DNA from: Blastocatellia bacterium
Lineage (GTDB): Bacteria; Acidobacteriota; Blastocatellia; RBC074
Length of the DNA: 64,000 nucleotides
Assembly: GCA_046154695.1 (NCBI GenBank)
Contig: JBJXFI010000413.1
Location: 9,823-73,822 of the forward strand
Direction: 5' to 3'
In this document: in pieces, positions 13,349 to 25,966 of the stretch
Layout: each line of letters opens with the position of its first letter
How positions within the stretch are numbered: position 1 is the first letter of the stretch
Made by a program: the position numbers and the translations under genes
Notes under the pieces: model-generated
Told to the model about the DNA's origin: nothing
Databases searched by the model: none
Seen by the model: only the letters and a program-made list of their open reading frames with translations

Positions 13349-14169
13349 TGGCATTTCAGGCGGGCGAAGCGCTGCCGCCATGCGAAATCGCCGCGCACAA
13401 TTACGCCGCCGATGTCGAGAACCGGATTCACAGCGACGAGGGGGCGGCCGAATACGGGTTCGCGGCGGCGCTGGTTCCGGGCGTCGGCGTCTATGCCTAT
13501 CTGGCGCGCCCGGTCGTCGAGGCGTTGGGGCGGGAGTGGGCGGCGCGCGGCGCGATGTCCGCGAAATTCCTCAAACCCGTGCACGACAAGGAGCGCGTAA
13601 GCGTGCGCGCGGCCGTCGCCGGGCTCGATCCGCTGACGCTCGACCTGCGGCTCTTCAACCCTTCCGGGACGCTCTGCGCGGCCGGCTCCGCGAGCCTGCC
13701 GGCAAGCCCGGCCGGAATCGACGTTCGCGACTATCCGCATTCTCCCCCGGGGGAGCCGCGCCCCGCGACGATCTCCGCGATTTCCCGGGGCGAGCACTTC
13801 GCGTCGCTCGATTTCGATTTGAGGATGGACCGGGAGCCCGCGGACTTTCTCGTCGATGTGGTCGATGACGCGCCGATCTTCGGCGGCCCGGACGCGATCT
13901 GTCATCCGGCGTTCTGGCTGGCGCAGGCGAACGAACTCGTGATGCGAAACGTCTCCCTCGGCATGTGGATTCATACCGCCAGCGAAGTGCGCCATTTCGC
14001 GCTCGCGCGCGACGGCGAGCCGATCTCCATGCGCGGACGCGTGCGCGACGCCTTCGAAAAGCGCGGCCACGAATCGATCACCCTCGACATCGGCGTCTTC
14101 GGCGAAGGCGGCCGCCCGATTCTCCATATCGACCACACGGCGATCATCCGCCCGCGCGCCGTCGCGTGA
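13348..14169 (+). CDS. double hotdog-fold (MaoC-like dehydratase family) protein
   Basis: two hotdog-like halves; ATG overlaps upstream stop (TAATG). Confidence 0.5.
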   Translation: MAFQAGEALPPCEIAAHNYAADVENRIHSDEGAAEYGFAAALVPGVGVYAYLARPVVEALGREWAARGAMSAKFLKPVHDKERVSVRAAVAGLDPLTLDLRLFNPSGTLCAAGSASLPASPAGIDVRDYPHSPPGEPRPATISAISRGEHFASLDFDLRMDREPADFLVDVVDDAPIFGGPDAICHPAFWLAQANELVMRNVSLGMWIHTASEVRHFALARDGEPISMRGRVRDAFEKRGHESITLDIGVFGEGGRPILHIDHTAIIRPRAVA

Positions 14170-14271
14170 GGCGGTTGATGGGCGCCTCGCCGCTTGAACT
14201 CTTCACGACGAGCCGTTTAGAATCCTCCTTACCGCACACCTCAAATCTTACAGAATCCACGGAGAACCATA

Positions 14272-15342
<1,071 letters not shown>

Positions 15343-15343
15343 C

Positions 15344-15398
15344 GGGCAAATCAAAAGGCAAAAGGAGGCCTCCCCTTTTGCCTTTTGATTTGCCTGTT
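15344..15398. terminator. bidirectional terminator hairpin between convergent fbaB and radical-SAM gene
   Basis: GGGCAAATCAAAAGGCAAAAGGAGG / CCTCCCCTTTTGCCTTTTGATTTGCC, about 24-bp stem built from tandem CAAAAGG units. Confidence 0.6.
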
Positions 15399-15402
15399 GC
15401 CC

Positions 15403-17235
15403 TTATCGGAGGCTCGTGAGGACCTCCTCCTTCAAAACTTGAAGGGGCTTGTGCGGCTGCCACCCATCGGGGAGGTCGCCGCAATCCTCGCGCAGATATT
15501 GCCATTGATTGGGCCGGACCGTTTGCAGTAGCTCCTTGCGGGTCTTCGACGGAACGGGTTTGCCGGTATAGATCTTGCCCATCCGGCTCATCAGGCCTTC
15601 GGGGAGCGCGCCGGAGAACATAAACAGGGGCCATGTGAAATTGGGGCCATTCAATTTCCGGAGCTTCCATGCCCACAGCGCGAGAGCGCCAGTTCGCCAG
15701 GCGATGGGCCCCCACCAGCTGTAGAGGCCGTGGCGCAGGTTGAATTTCCAGCATTTCATCAGCAATTGCCACTGCATCGCCGAGAGTTTGCGCGTTTCGG
15801 TGACGCCTACCTTCTTTTCCATGCGCGTGTCGTGAAGCGGCGTGAAGATCGAGGGAACGAGGAAGGCGAACAGGCCCCGGCGCTCCATCTCGTAGATCAG
15901 ATCGAGCGTGGCCATGACGTCCTCGTCCTCCTCTTCGGGCGCGCCGACGATCAGCGTCATTACCGGAAACCAGTTGTTTTTATTGAGGATTCGCAGCCCT
16001 TCGAGGATGACGCTCGGCCATTCATCGATCGGGAACGGGATGCCTTTCGACGGCATGATCTTCTTTCCGATGCGCACCGAGCCGGTCTCCATGCCGATCA
16101 GCGGCGCGAGGATCTTCTTTTTCGGATGCGAGCTGAGCGTCGGCAGGTGGAGCGGGCTCTTATCGAGCAGCATGTCGGAGAGTTTCTCGATGAGCACGGG
16201 ATCGACCACGGCGGGCGCGATCGTGCAGTGGCTCAGCACGTGCTGCTCGACGCCGGGCGTGTTGACGATCGATCCGTATAGGTCGAGCAGCGCCTCGCGG
16301 TTCGGAAAATAGAACGGCGTCTCGGTGTGCACCTGCCCCCAGATGAACATATCCTCGGTGGCGAGGCTGATCTGTTTATTGCCGCCCTCGAGGTTGACGT
16401 GGACGGCCTCCATGATCTTGTCCTTCGGCATGTCGATCTGCGGGTTCAGATCGGGAACGCAGAACTGGCAGCGGCGGCCGCAGCCGGTGGTCATCTCCAC
16501 CACGCCGAAGGTCGTGCGCTTCCGCGGCGCGAGGATCGCGTCGCGGTCCTTGGGGTGGGCGACCTCCATCTCGCGCGGCAGATCCTCGCCGCGAATCGCG
16601 CGGCGAAAGAGCTCCATGGTCTCTTCGGATTCCGCCCGCCCCTCGACGACGCAATCGACGCCCAGTTCGTCGAGGGTCCCGGTCTGCGTGATCTGCCAGC
16701 CGCCCGATCCGCCGACGATGACCTTGAATCCCCCGCGATGCGGATTCGTCCTGATCTTCTCGAACATCAGGCGCGAATAATGCGAATTGATCGGCATCTT
16801 CGAGGTGCCGAAAATCGACGTGTAGACGCCCGCCGCGAACGTCACCCCGAGCGGATTATGGGTCGAGACCGCGACCACGCGCGTGTTCGGCCCGATGAAC
16901 TTCTCCAGATCGTCCGGATAGCAGCAGGCGATCTCCTCCGCGCTGAATTCCCGCAGGAGCGAGGCCTCGACCAGGCGCACGCCCGCCGGCATATATCGCG
17001 CGGAGCCGTCCTCGTTGTATTCGACATCCCGCCAGTGCGGGTATTTGTTGTTCATCACGCCCTCCATCCAGATGGGCATCGACGCCATTCCCATCTGAAT
17101 GAAGTACCCCGCGTGATCGATCGCCTCGGTCAGGGGCGCCGTCAGCACAATCAGTTTGCCTCCACCCGCCTCGACGCCGGAATGCGCATGAAGGCCGTTC
17201 GCATGGCCGTTTGTGTTGTGAGAACTCTGTTGCAC
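15403..17235 (-). CDS. B12-binding-domain radical SAM protein (function unknown)
   Basis: CGRRCQFC (CxxxCxxC) radical SAM motif; N-terminal B12-like domain; track start is GTG at 17235, first ATG about 48 codons in. Confidence 0.7.
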   Translation of the reverse strand: MQQSSHNTNGHANGLHAHSGVEAGGGKLIVLTAPLTEAIDHAGYFIQMGMASMPIWMEGVMNNKYPHWRDVEYNEDGSARYMPAGVRLVEASLLREFSAEEIACCYPDDLEKFIGPNTRVVAVSTHNPLGVTFAAGVYTSIFGTSKMPINSHYSRLMFEKIRTNPHRGGFKVIVGGSGGWQITQTGTLDELGVDCVVEGRAESEETMELFRRAIRGEDLPREMEVAHPKDRDAILAPRKRTTFGVVEMTTGCGRRCQFCVPDLNPQIDMPKDKIMEAVHVNLEGGNKQISLATEDMFIWGQVHTETPFYFPNREALLDLYGSIVNTPGVEQHVLSHCTIAPAVVDPVLIEKLSDMLLDKSPLHLPTLSSHPKKKILAPLIGMETGSVRIGKKIMPSKGIPFPIDEWPSVILEGLRILNKNNWFPVMTLIVGAPEEEDEDVMATLDLIYEMERRGLFAFLVPSIFTPLHDTRMEKKVGVTETRKLSAMQWQLLMKCWKFNLRHGLYSWWGPIAWRTGALALWAWKLRKLNGPNFTWPLFMFSGALPEGLMSRMGKIYTGKPVPSKTRKELLQTVRPNQWQYLREDCGDLPDGWQPHKPLQVLKEEVLTSLR

Positions 17236-17419
17236 GGGACACCTCGTGTTGTTGGATTCATTGTTGATCGGAAATCACGCCCAGCCGATTGAGAATGCGG
17301 CCTCGTGCTCCCTGCATAATAGTTTGCGACGATTGATTCGGATTTTGATGAAGGATACTTATCACAGTGGTCCCGGTCGAGCAATCGTTAATTTGCAGAA
17401 GCGGCCCGGTGGGCTCAGA

Positions 17420-18427
17420 ATGCGGGCCATGTCCTTTGCGAAACTGATCGGAAACGCGCGGAACAAGGAGATTCTGCAGCGCCAGCTTCGGGGCGGGCGT
17501 GTCAATTCGACGCTCATCTTCGCCGGGCCGGAGGGGGTTGGAAAGCGGCAGTTCGCCCTGACCTTCGCCAAGGCGGTCAATTGCCGGCAGGGCCCCGCCG
17601 AAGGCTACGCGGCCGACAGTTGCGATGAATGCCCGACCTGCCATCGAATCGACGAGGGGACCTATGGCGACGTGACGATGATCTCGCCCGAGGGGCAGTA
17701 CATCAAGATCGCCCAGACTCGCGCCATGACCGACGAGGTCTATTATCGCCCCCGCGAAGGCCGCCAGCGATTCTTCATCCTAGATGAGGCGGACCGGCTG
17801 CGCGAGGAGGCGGCGAACTCGCTGCTCAAAACGCTGGAGGAGCCGCCCTCCACCTCAACGATCCTCTTGATCACCTCCCGCCCCTACGCGCTGCTCCAGA
17901 CGATCCGCTCGCGCGCGCAGCGAATCAACTTCGCCCCGCTCACGGTCGAGGAGATGGAGCGCTATCTGACGGAGAACTTCCCGCGCCCGGCCCCGGACAC
18001 CCAACTGCTCGCCCGCATCACCGAGGGGCGCCTCGGGCAGGCGACGGCCTTCGACCTGGGCGTCTACCGGCAGGAGCGCAGGACGCTGATCGAGCTGCTG
18101 GAATTGATCGCGGACGGCGAGAACCGGCTTCGCATTTTGAAGGCGGCCGAATACCTGGGGAAGAAGGAGCGCGACGAGTTCGAAAAACAGCTCGATCTGC
18201 TTGCCTCGCTGCTGCGCGATCTGATGCTCCTGGCCGCGGGGAAAGACGTCGCCTCGATCGCGAACCTCGATGTCGCCGATCGCCTCTTCCCGCTCGCGGG
18301 CCGCATCGGCCTCGCGCGCGTCATTGCCTGGGCCGGGCGCCTCGACGATCTGCGCGCCAGCCTCCGCGTCAACGTCAATCGCGTCATCGCGACCGAAGCG
18401 CTGCTGCTTTCGCTTGCCAGCGGCTAA
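17420..18427 (+). CDS. holB: DNA polymerase III subunit delta-prime
   Basis: LIFAGPEGVGKRQFA P-loop-like, zinc module CDECPTCHRI, FILDEADRL, SRxxxxxxTIRSRAQ; start at first ATG (track 17246 is GTG). Confidence 0.85.
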   Translation: MRAMSFAKLIGNARNKEILQRQLRGGRVNSTLIFAGPEGVGKRQFALTFAKAVNCRQGPAEGYAADSCDECPTCHRIDEGTYGDVTMISPEGQYIKIAQTRAMTDEVYYRPREGRQRFFILDEADRLREEAANSLLKTLEEPPSTSTILLITSRPYALLQTIRSRAQRINFAPLTVEEMERYLTENFPRPAPDTQLLARITEGRLGQATAFDLGVYRQERRTLIELLELIADGENRLRILKAAEYLGKKERDEFEKQLDLLASLLRDLMLLAAGKDVASIANLDVADRLFPLAGRIGLARVIAWAGRLDDLRASLRVNVNRVIATEALLLSLASG

Positions 18428-18466
18428 ATCAGACCCGAAAAAAATGAGACACGCGCCTTTGCAGAA

Positions 18467-18537
18467 CCGGGAGCGTCAGCGACCGGAGCCTTGATTCGCC
18501 GCCGCTTGCGCAATATGCCGGTCGCTAACGCTCCCGG
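18467..18537. terminator. long hairpin between convergent holB and PQQ-propeller gene
   Basis: CCGGGAGCGTCAGCGACCGG / CCGGTCGCTAACGCTCCCGG, 20-bp stem with 1 mismatch and 31-nt loop. Confidence 0.45.
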
Positions 18538-18576
18538 CACTGCGTCAATCTCTTTGGCTCTTTGGGCCTGATTAGC

Positions 18577-19851
18577 TCACTTCTTTTCGATCCGGTAAAG
18601 ATGGGTGCGTGTGCGGAGGAAGAACGCGTTGCCGGCGACGGCGGGCGAGGCGAGGAAGCCCTCGTCCAGTTTGTTCTCCGCCAGTTGCTCGAAATTCCGG
18701 CCGGGTTTGATCACGGTCGTCTTGCCTTCTTCGCTGAAGAGCCAGATTCTGCCGTCGGCGTAGACGGGAGAGGCCGAATATTCGCCGCCGATCCGTTTCT
18801 GCCAGACCTGTTCGCCGGTTTTGGCGTCGATGCAACTGGCGATGCCGGTGTCGCCGATCATGTAGATCAGGTCGTCGATCAGCAGGATCGAGGGCTTGTT
18901 CGAGACGCCGCGCTTGACGCGCCAGGCGACGTGGGTGTCGGTGATCAGGCCGCTGCCGCCCATGCGAACGGCGAGCAGCTGCCCCGCCGAGAATCCCGAC
19001 GGAAAGAAGATCATCCCGTGCCCCAGCACCGGACGCGTGCTCGCCGAATGCTGCGCGCGCTCCTCGACGCGCCAGAGTTCTCTGCCCGTGAACGGATCGT
19101 ACGAATAGGCGGCCTTCGCGCCGAGGCTGATCATCTCCCAGCGGCCGTTGATCCGCGTGACGTGGGGCGTCGAAAACGCCTTGCGCATGTCCCCGTCCGC
19201 GGCGATCTTGCCGTTCGGCTCGATGTCCTGAAAATCGATCGAGCGCTTCGTCTCCCAGATCGTCTTTCCCGTCCGTTTGTCGAGCGCCATGACGAACTGG
19301 CGGTCGCTGCCGTCGAAGTGCATCAGCAGCATGTTCTGAAAGACAATCGGCGAGGAGCCCGCCCCGCGAAAATGATTGCACTCGATGTCGCGGCGCGTCC
19401 ACAGGACCTTGAAGCTCCTGGTGTCGATGCAGGCCGTTCCCGGCGAGCCGAAGGTGATGTAGACCCGGCCCGCCTCGATCACCGGCGTCGGCGAGGCATA
19501 AGTATTAAAGGGATGCGCGTATTGCGGCTCAGCCACATCGAACAGCTTCATATCCTGAACGACGCGCCCCGTGTCGCGGTCGAGACAGAGCGCGAAGAGC
19601 TGGCGTCCGTCCTTGCTCGCCGATGTGAGCCACACCTGCTTCCCGTAAATGACGGGCGAGGACCAGCCCCGGTCGTGGATCGGCGTCTTCCAGACGATGT
19701 TTTGGGTTTCGCTCCACAGCAGCGGCAGCTCTCGCGCATCCGAATGGCCGGTGCCCTCCGGTCCGCGGAATTGGGGCCAGTTGTCGCTCGCGCGAGCGAG
19801 CAGGCAAAGAAAGACCGGGAAGAACGCCGTCAGCGCAAATCGTTTCATCAT
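18577..19851 (-). CDS. secreted PQQ-like beta-propeller repeat protein (BamB-like fold)
   Basis: signal peptide MKRFALTAFFPVFLCLLARA; repeated WxxxxG beta-propeller blades; track start 19857 is TTG, ATG at 19851. Confidence 0.75.
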   Translation of the reverse strand: MMKRFALTAFFPVFLCLLARASDNWPQFRGPEGTGHSDARELPLLWSETQNIVWKTPIHDRGWSSPVIYGKQVWLTSASKDGRQLFALCLDRDTGRVVQDMKLFDVAEPQYAHPFNTYASPTPVIEAGRVYITFGSPGTACIDTRSFKVLWTRRDIECNHFRGAGSSPIVFQNMLLMHFDGSDRQFVMALDKRTGKTIWETKRSIDFQDIEPNGKIAADGDMRKAFSTPHVTRINGRWEMISLGAKAAYSYDPFTGRELWRVEERAQHSASTRPVLGHGMIFFPSGFSAGQLLAVRMGGSGLITDTHVAWRVKRGVSNKPSILLIDDLIYMIGDTGIASCIDAKTGEQVWQKRIGGEYSASPVYADGRIWLFSEEGKTTVIKPGRNFEQLAENKLDEGFLASPAVAGNAFFLRTRTHLYRIEKK

Positions 19852-19909
19852 CTTCAATCCCTCGTGGCAAAATGTCGGTGGAAAAACGGCCGCATCTTAC
19901 CATGCAATG

Positions 19910-19964
19910 TTCGGAGTTCCGCCTTCAGGCGGTCAGTCTTCGCCAAAAAGGCGGAACTCCAAAC
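19910..19964. repeat. REP-like R-family copy R2 (TTCGGAGTTCCGCCTTCAGGCGG ... GGCGGAACTCCAAAC)
   Basis: shares arms with R1; immediately followed by CCGAGGAGC SD-like sequence and ATG 19977. Confidence 0.8.
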
Positions 19965-19976
19965 CCGAGGAGCGAA

Positions 19977-20321
19977 ATGTCACAATCGAGAATCGATGCC
20001 TTCCTCATTATGACGAAGACCCAGCCCGAGAACGAGATGATCTGGTACGGGCTGGCGAATGAATACACGAAGCTCTCGGCATGGCCGGAAGCGATCGACG
20101 CGCTCCGCAATGTGATCCGGATCAAGCCGGATTACACATCGGCTTATCAGTTGCTCGGTTCCGCGCTGTTGAGCCAGGGCCAGGCCGAGGAGGCGCGCCG
20201 CGTGTGGACGGAAGGCCTCGCCGTCGCGGACCGAACCGGCGCCTGGAAGGCCCGGCAGCATATGGAAGGGTTGCTGGCCGGAGCGGCGAATGAGGGCGAG
20301 GCCGGATTTTGCGAGGAATAA
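19977..20321 (+). CDS. TPR repeat protein (small)
   Basis: TPR-like helical repeats (WYGLANEY...AIDALRNVIRIKPDYTSAYQLLGSALLSQGQAEEA); upstream part of track ORF is repeat translation. Confidence 0.65.
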   Translation: MSQSRIDAFLIMTKTQPENEMIWYGLANEYTKLSAWPEAIDALRNVIRIKPDYTSAYQLLGSALLSQGQAEEARRVWTEGLAVADRTGAWKARQHMEGLLAGAANEGEAGFCEE

Positions 20322-20326
20322 AGGAT

Positions 20327-21184
20327 ATGCGGAACAGGAAAGGCGGAAAAAAGCCGCAGCAGGCCCGGAAATCGACGGCATCGGACGAGGCGGGGGCCGG
20401 CGCGAGTTGGAAGCGGTTTGCGGCCCCGGCGGCGATGGCGTTGATGCTTGCGTCCGCGGCATTCATCTATTTTCGGGGCTGGGAAAGGTTCTCGTATGGG
20501 AATTCCGCGCCGGCGTCCGGCGGGACGAATCTGACCCGGGCCGCGGCGGGAACCAACACGGGCGAGATGGGCGTGTCGGGAGAACCGATTCGAATGACCG
20601 TGGCGCAGGCGGTGGTCGTGACTGAAGAGCTCGATTTCGGGGGGCGCATCCCCTCGCTGGCGGAAGCGGTCGGGCAGATCGAGCGCGCCTACCAGCCCGA
20701 TGACGGGCAGGGGCGAACCTTCGCCATCCTCGATGCGCGCGGCGAAACGACCCCCGAGGGTCGATTGAAGATCTCCATGCACGTCAGCAGCGAGAAGCCC
20801 GGCATGGCGTTCCTGCGATTCCGCCCGACGGGGCGGCTCTTCTGGCGCGCGCGAATCGGAAGCCCCGGAGAGCCTCCGGCCGGCCCGAAAAACCTGGTGA
20901 TCCATCTCTCGAACGGGAGCGGGGGCAATTTCGTTCTCGATGGCAAGCGCGGCGGCGCAAGCGTGCTCGATGTCTTCATTCAGGGATCCACGTCGCGCGC
21001 GCGCGATGTCTGGCCGGACGGGACCGAGCGCGAAGTGACCTTCATCTACAGCGCCTGTGGATGCCCGGTGAAGGTGATGGTTCGCCGGGAGGGGGACCGC
21101 ACCGCCCGGACCCGGCTTTCGCCGGTCATCTTCCCCGACGATCCGGATGTCGTCGCGACAATCTCGGCGCTTATGAAATGGTGA
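20327..21184 (+). CDS. hypothetical membrane-anchored protein
   Basis: basic N-terminus then TM AAPAAMALMLASAAFIYF; no recognisable domain; aaggat RBS. Confidence 0.5.
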   Translation: MRNRKGGKKPQQARKSTASDEAGAGASWKRFAAPAAMALMLASAAFIYFRGWERFSYGNSAPASGGTNLTRAAAGTNTGEMGVSGEPIRMTVAQAVVVTEELDFGGRIPSLAEAVGQIERAYQPDDGQGRTFAILDARGETTPEGRLKISMHVSSEKPGMAFLRFRPTGRLFWRARIGSPGEPPAGPKNLVIHLSNGSGGNFVLDGKRGGASVLDVFIQGSTSRARDVWPDGTEREVTFIYSACGCPVKVMVRREGDRTARTRLSPVIFPDDPDVVATISALMKW

Positions 21185-21202
21185 TTTGTCGGAAAAGAGG
21201 GA

Positions 21203-21258
21203 ACGGAACGACGTACCACATCCCCTGTGGCTCCGTCTGTTCCGTTTTTTCGCGCGCG
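21203..21258 (+). terminator. intrinsic terminator after hypothetical gene
   Basis: GGAACGGAACGAC...GTCTGTTCCGTT stem followed by TTTTTT. Confidence 0.55.
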
Positions 21259-21371
21259 CATCGTCGTCCATTTTGTTTTTCGCGGTCGTTCCGTTATCTT
21301 TGGAGGCTTGATTCCTGGACGGATTTTCGACTGTCGGGCAGGGACACAGATCAACGATTGAGATTGACGAA

Positions 21372-23774
<2,403 letters not shown>

Positions 23775-23790
23775 CGTCCGTGTGGAGTGC

Positions 23791-23940
23791 CGCGGCTTGA
23801 CGCAGCTTTCCTATCCCCTGCGTTATCGGCGAACTTCGAGCGAGAGCGGTCCCTGCGCGATGCGATAACGACAGGGACCCGTACAGAACAAGAGTGCGAT
23901 TGCGTCGGGGGCTTGGAAAGCTGCGTCAAGCCGCAGCACT
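23791..23940. other. 150-nt structured inverted-repeat element (28-bp outer stem, nested inner stem)
   Basis: GGAGTGCCGCGGCTTGACGCAGCTTTCC (23791-23818) pairs GGAAAGCTGCGTCAAGCCGCAGCACTCC (23913-23940), 1 mismatch; inner CCTGCGTTATCG / CGATAACGACAGG. Confidence 0.6.
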
Positions 23941-23971
23941 CCAAGCGCTCCGCGTGTTTTTAACGGTCTGA

Positions 23972-25357
23972 ATGCACGCAATGAAATCTGAGATTCAAAA
24001 GATCGGCTTCGTCAGCCTGGGCTGTCCGAAAAATCTGGTGGACAGCGAGGTGATGATGGGCCAGTTGAAGCAGCACGGGTATGAGCTGACGACGGATCGC
24101 GAGGCGGCGGACGTGATGGTCGTCAATACGTGCGGGTTCATCCAGTCGGCCAAGGAGGAGTCGATCAACACGATTCTGGAGATGGCCGATTTGAAGGAGA
24201 CGGGCAATCTCAAGCGGCTGGTGGTCGCGGGATGCCTGGTCGAGCGATACCGGCAGGATCTGCTCAACCAGTTGCCGGAGGTCGACGCGGTGCTCGGCAC
24301 GAGCGAGATCGAGAAGATCGTGGCCGCGGTCGATCCGTCGGCCGTTGCCGCGCGGGATGCCGCGTTCGTCGCCTCGAACGCGTGGATGACGCGCGGCCTG
24401 CCGACCTACCTTTACGATGATGCCGCTCCGCGATTGCTGGCGACGCCGAAGCATTTCGCCTATATGAAGATCGCCGAGGGATGCGATCACACCTGCGCGT
24501 TCTGCGCGATCCCGCAGATGCGCGGGAAGTATCGCTCCCGCCACGCGGGCTCGCTGCTGCGCGAGGCGGAGCAGCTTTCCGCCCAGGGCGTGAAGGAACT
24601 CGTCCTGATCTCGCAGGACTCGACGCAATACGGTCTGGATCTCGGGATAAAGGACGGACTGGCCGATCTGCTGCGCTCGCTGTCGCGCGTCGATGGAATC
24701 GAGTGGATTCGGGTGATGTACACCTATCCCAACTCGCTCAGCGACGCGACGCTCGCGGCGATGGCCGAAGAGCCGAAGGTATGCAATTATCTCGACATGC
24801 CGCTTCAGCACGCGAGCGCCAATATGCTCAAGCGGATGCGGCGCGGCGGCAACCGGCAGTTGCTGGAAAAGCTGCTCGCGCGCGCCCGGCGGTTCGTGCC
24901 GGAGATCACCCTGCGGACGACTCTGATCGTCGGGTTTCCCGGCGAGACGGAGGCCGATTTCGACGAGCTGATGGGGTTCGTTCGCGATGTCGAGTTCGAC
25001 CGCGTGGGCGTCTTCACCTATTCGGATGAAGAGGGGACGCACGGCTGCGAGCTCGACGGCAAGGTTCCGGCGGGCGTCATGCGCGCGCGGCGCGCCAGGC
25101 TCATGCGCGAACAGGCCAGGATCTCCAAGCGCCGCAACAAGGCGCTCATCGGCCGGCGGTTTCGCGCCATGCTCGAAGGCGTCTCGCAGGAGTCCGACAT
25201 GCTGCTGCAGGCGCGCATGGAATCCCAGGCGCCCGAGGTCGACGGCCACGTGCTGGTCAACGACGTGCCCGACGGATTTCATTCCGCGCCCGGCGACTTT
25301 ATCGAGATCGAGATCGCCGAGGCCCACGAATACGACCTGGTCGCGCGCGTGATTTGA
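23972..25357 (+). CDS. rimO: ribosomal protein S12 methylthiotransferase (radical SAM MTTase with TRAM domain)
   Basis: N-terminus KIGFVSLGCPKNLVDSE matches RimO; radical SAM CDHTCAFC; C-terminal TRAM. Confidence 0.8.
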   Translation: MHAMKSEIQKIGFVSLGCPKNLVDSEVMMGQLKQHGYELTTDREAADVMVVNTCGFIQSAKEESINTILEMADLKETGNLKRLVVAGCLVERYRQDLLNQLPEVDAVLGTSEIEKIVAAVDPSAVAARDAAFVASNAWMTRGLPTYLYDDAAPRLLATPKHFAYMKIAEGCDHTCAFCAIPQMRGKYRSRHAGSLLREAEQLSAQGVKELVLISQDSTQYGLDLGIKDGLADLLRSLSRVDGIEWIRVMYTYPNSLSDATLAAMAEEPKVCNYLDMPLQHASANMLKRMRRGGNRQLLEKLLARARRFVPEITLRTTLIVGFPGETEADFDELMGFVRDVEFDRVGVFTYSDEEGTHGCELDGKVPAGVMRARRARLMREQARISKRRNKALIGRRFRAMLEGVSQESDMLLQARMESQAPEVDGHVLVNDVPDGFHSAPGDFIEIEIAEAHEYDLVARVI

Positions 25358-25381
25358 ACCGGCTCTCCCGCTCGGAAAATA

Positions 25382-25936
25382 ATGTCTGAACATTCGCCTT
25401 TTGCCGATAAGCGAGGCCGGTCGCTCACTCTCAACGGCCCGCTCGACGCGCTGGCCGTATTTCTGGCCACGGGGTTCGGGGCCGGCTTCATGCCGTTCGG
25501 CCCGGGGACGTTCGGCTCGATGGTCGGGCTGCTGATCGCGTACGGGCTGATCGCGGCGTTCGGGCGGGATGTCGTGCTGCTGCAGAATTCGATTCTGGTG
25601 ATCGGCGCGGTGCTGGCGGCGATCGGGATCTGGTCGGGCACGCGCGCGGAGCAGATCTTCGGCCGCAAGGATGCGGGGCAGGTCGTGATGGATGAGGTCT
25701 GCGGGCAGGTGATCACCTTCGCGTTTATCGGACCGTATCTGGCGCGGCTCGGCTCGCAGTGGCGATGGTGGATGATCGCGGGGTTCGTCCTCTTTCGGCT
25801 CTTCGATGTGTTCAAGCCGTATCCCATCGACCGGCTGCAGGATCTGGAGGGAGGGATCGGCGTGATGATGGACGATGTCGTGGCCGGGATCTATGCGGCG
25901 ATGGTTCTGTCGTTCCTGTTGTGGCTCTTTGCGTAA
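25382..25936 (+). CDS. pgpA: phosphatidylglycerophosphatase A
   Basis: GFGAGFMPFGPGTFGS PgpA signature, about 180 aa membrane protein. Confidence 0.8.
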   Translation: MSEHSPFADKRGRSLTLNGPLDALAVFLATGFGAGFMPFGPGTFGSMVGLLIAYGLIAAFGRDVVLLQNSILVIGAVLAAIGIWSGTRAEQIFGRKDAGQVVMDEVCGQVITFAFIGPYLARLGSQWRWWMIAGFVLFRLFDVFKPYPIDRLQDLEGGIGVMMDDVVAGIYAAMVLSFLLWLFA

Positions 25937-25966
25937 TTTTCCCTTTTCCTCGGAGCGCGAATCAAT

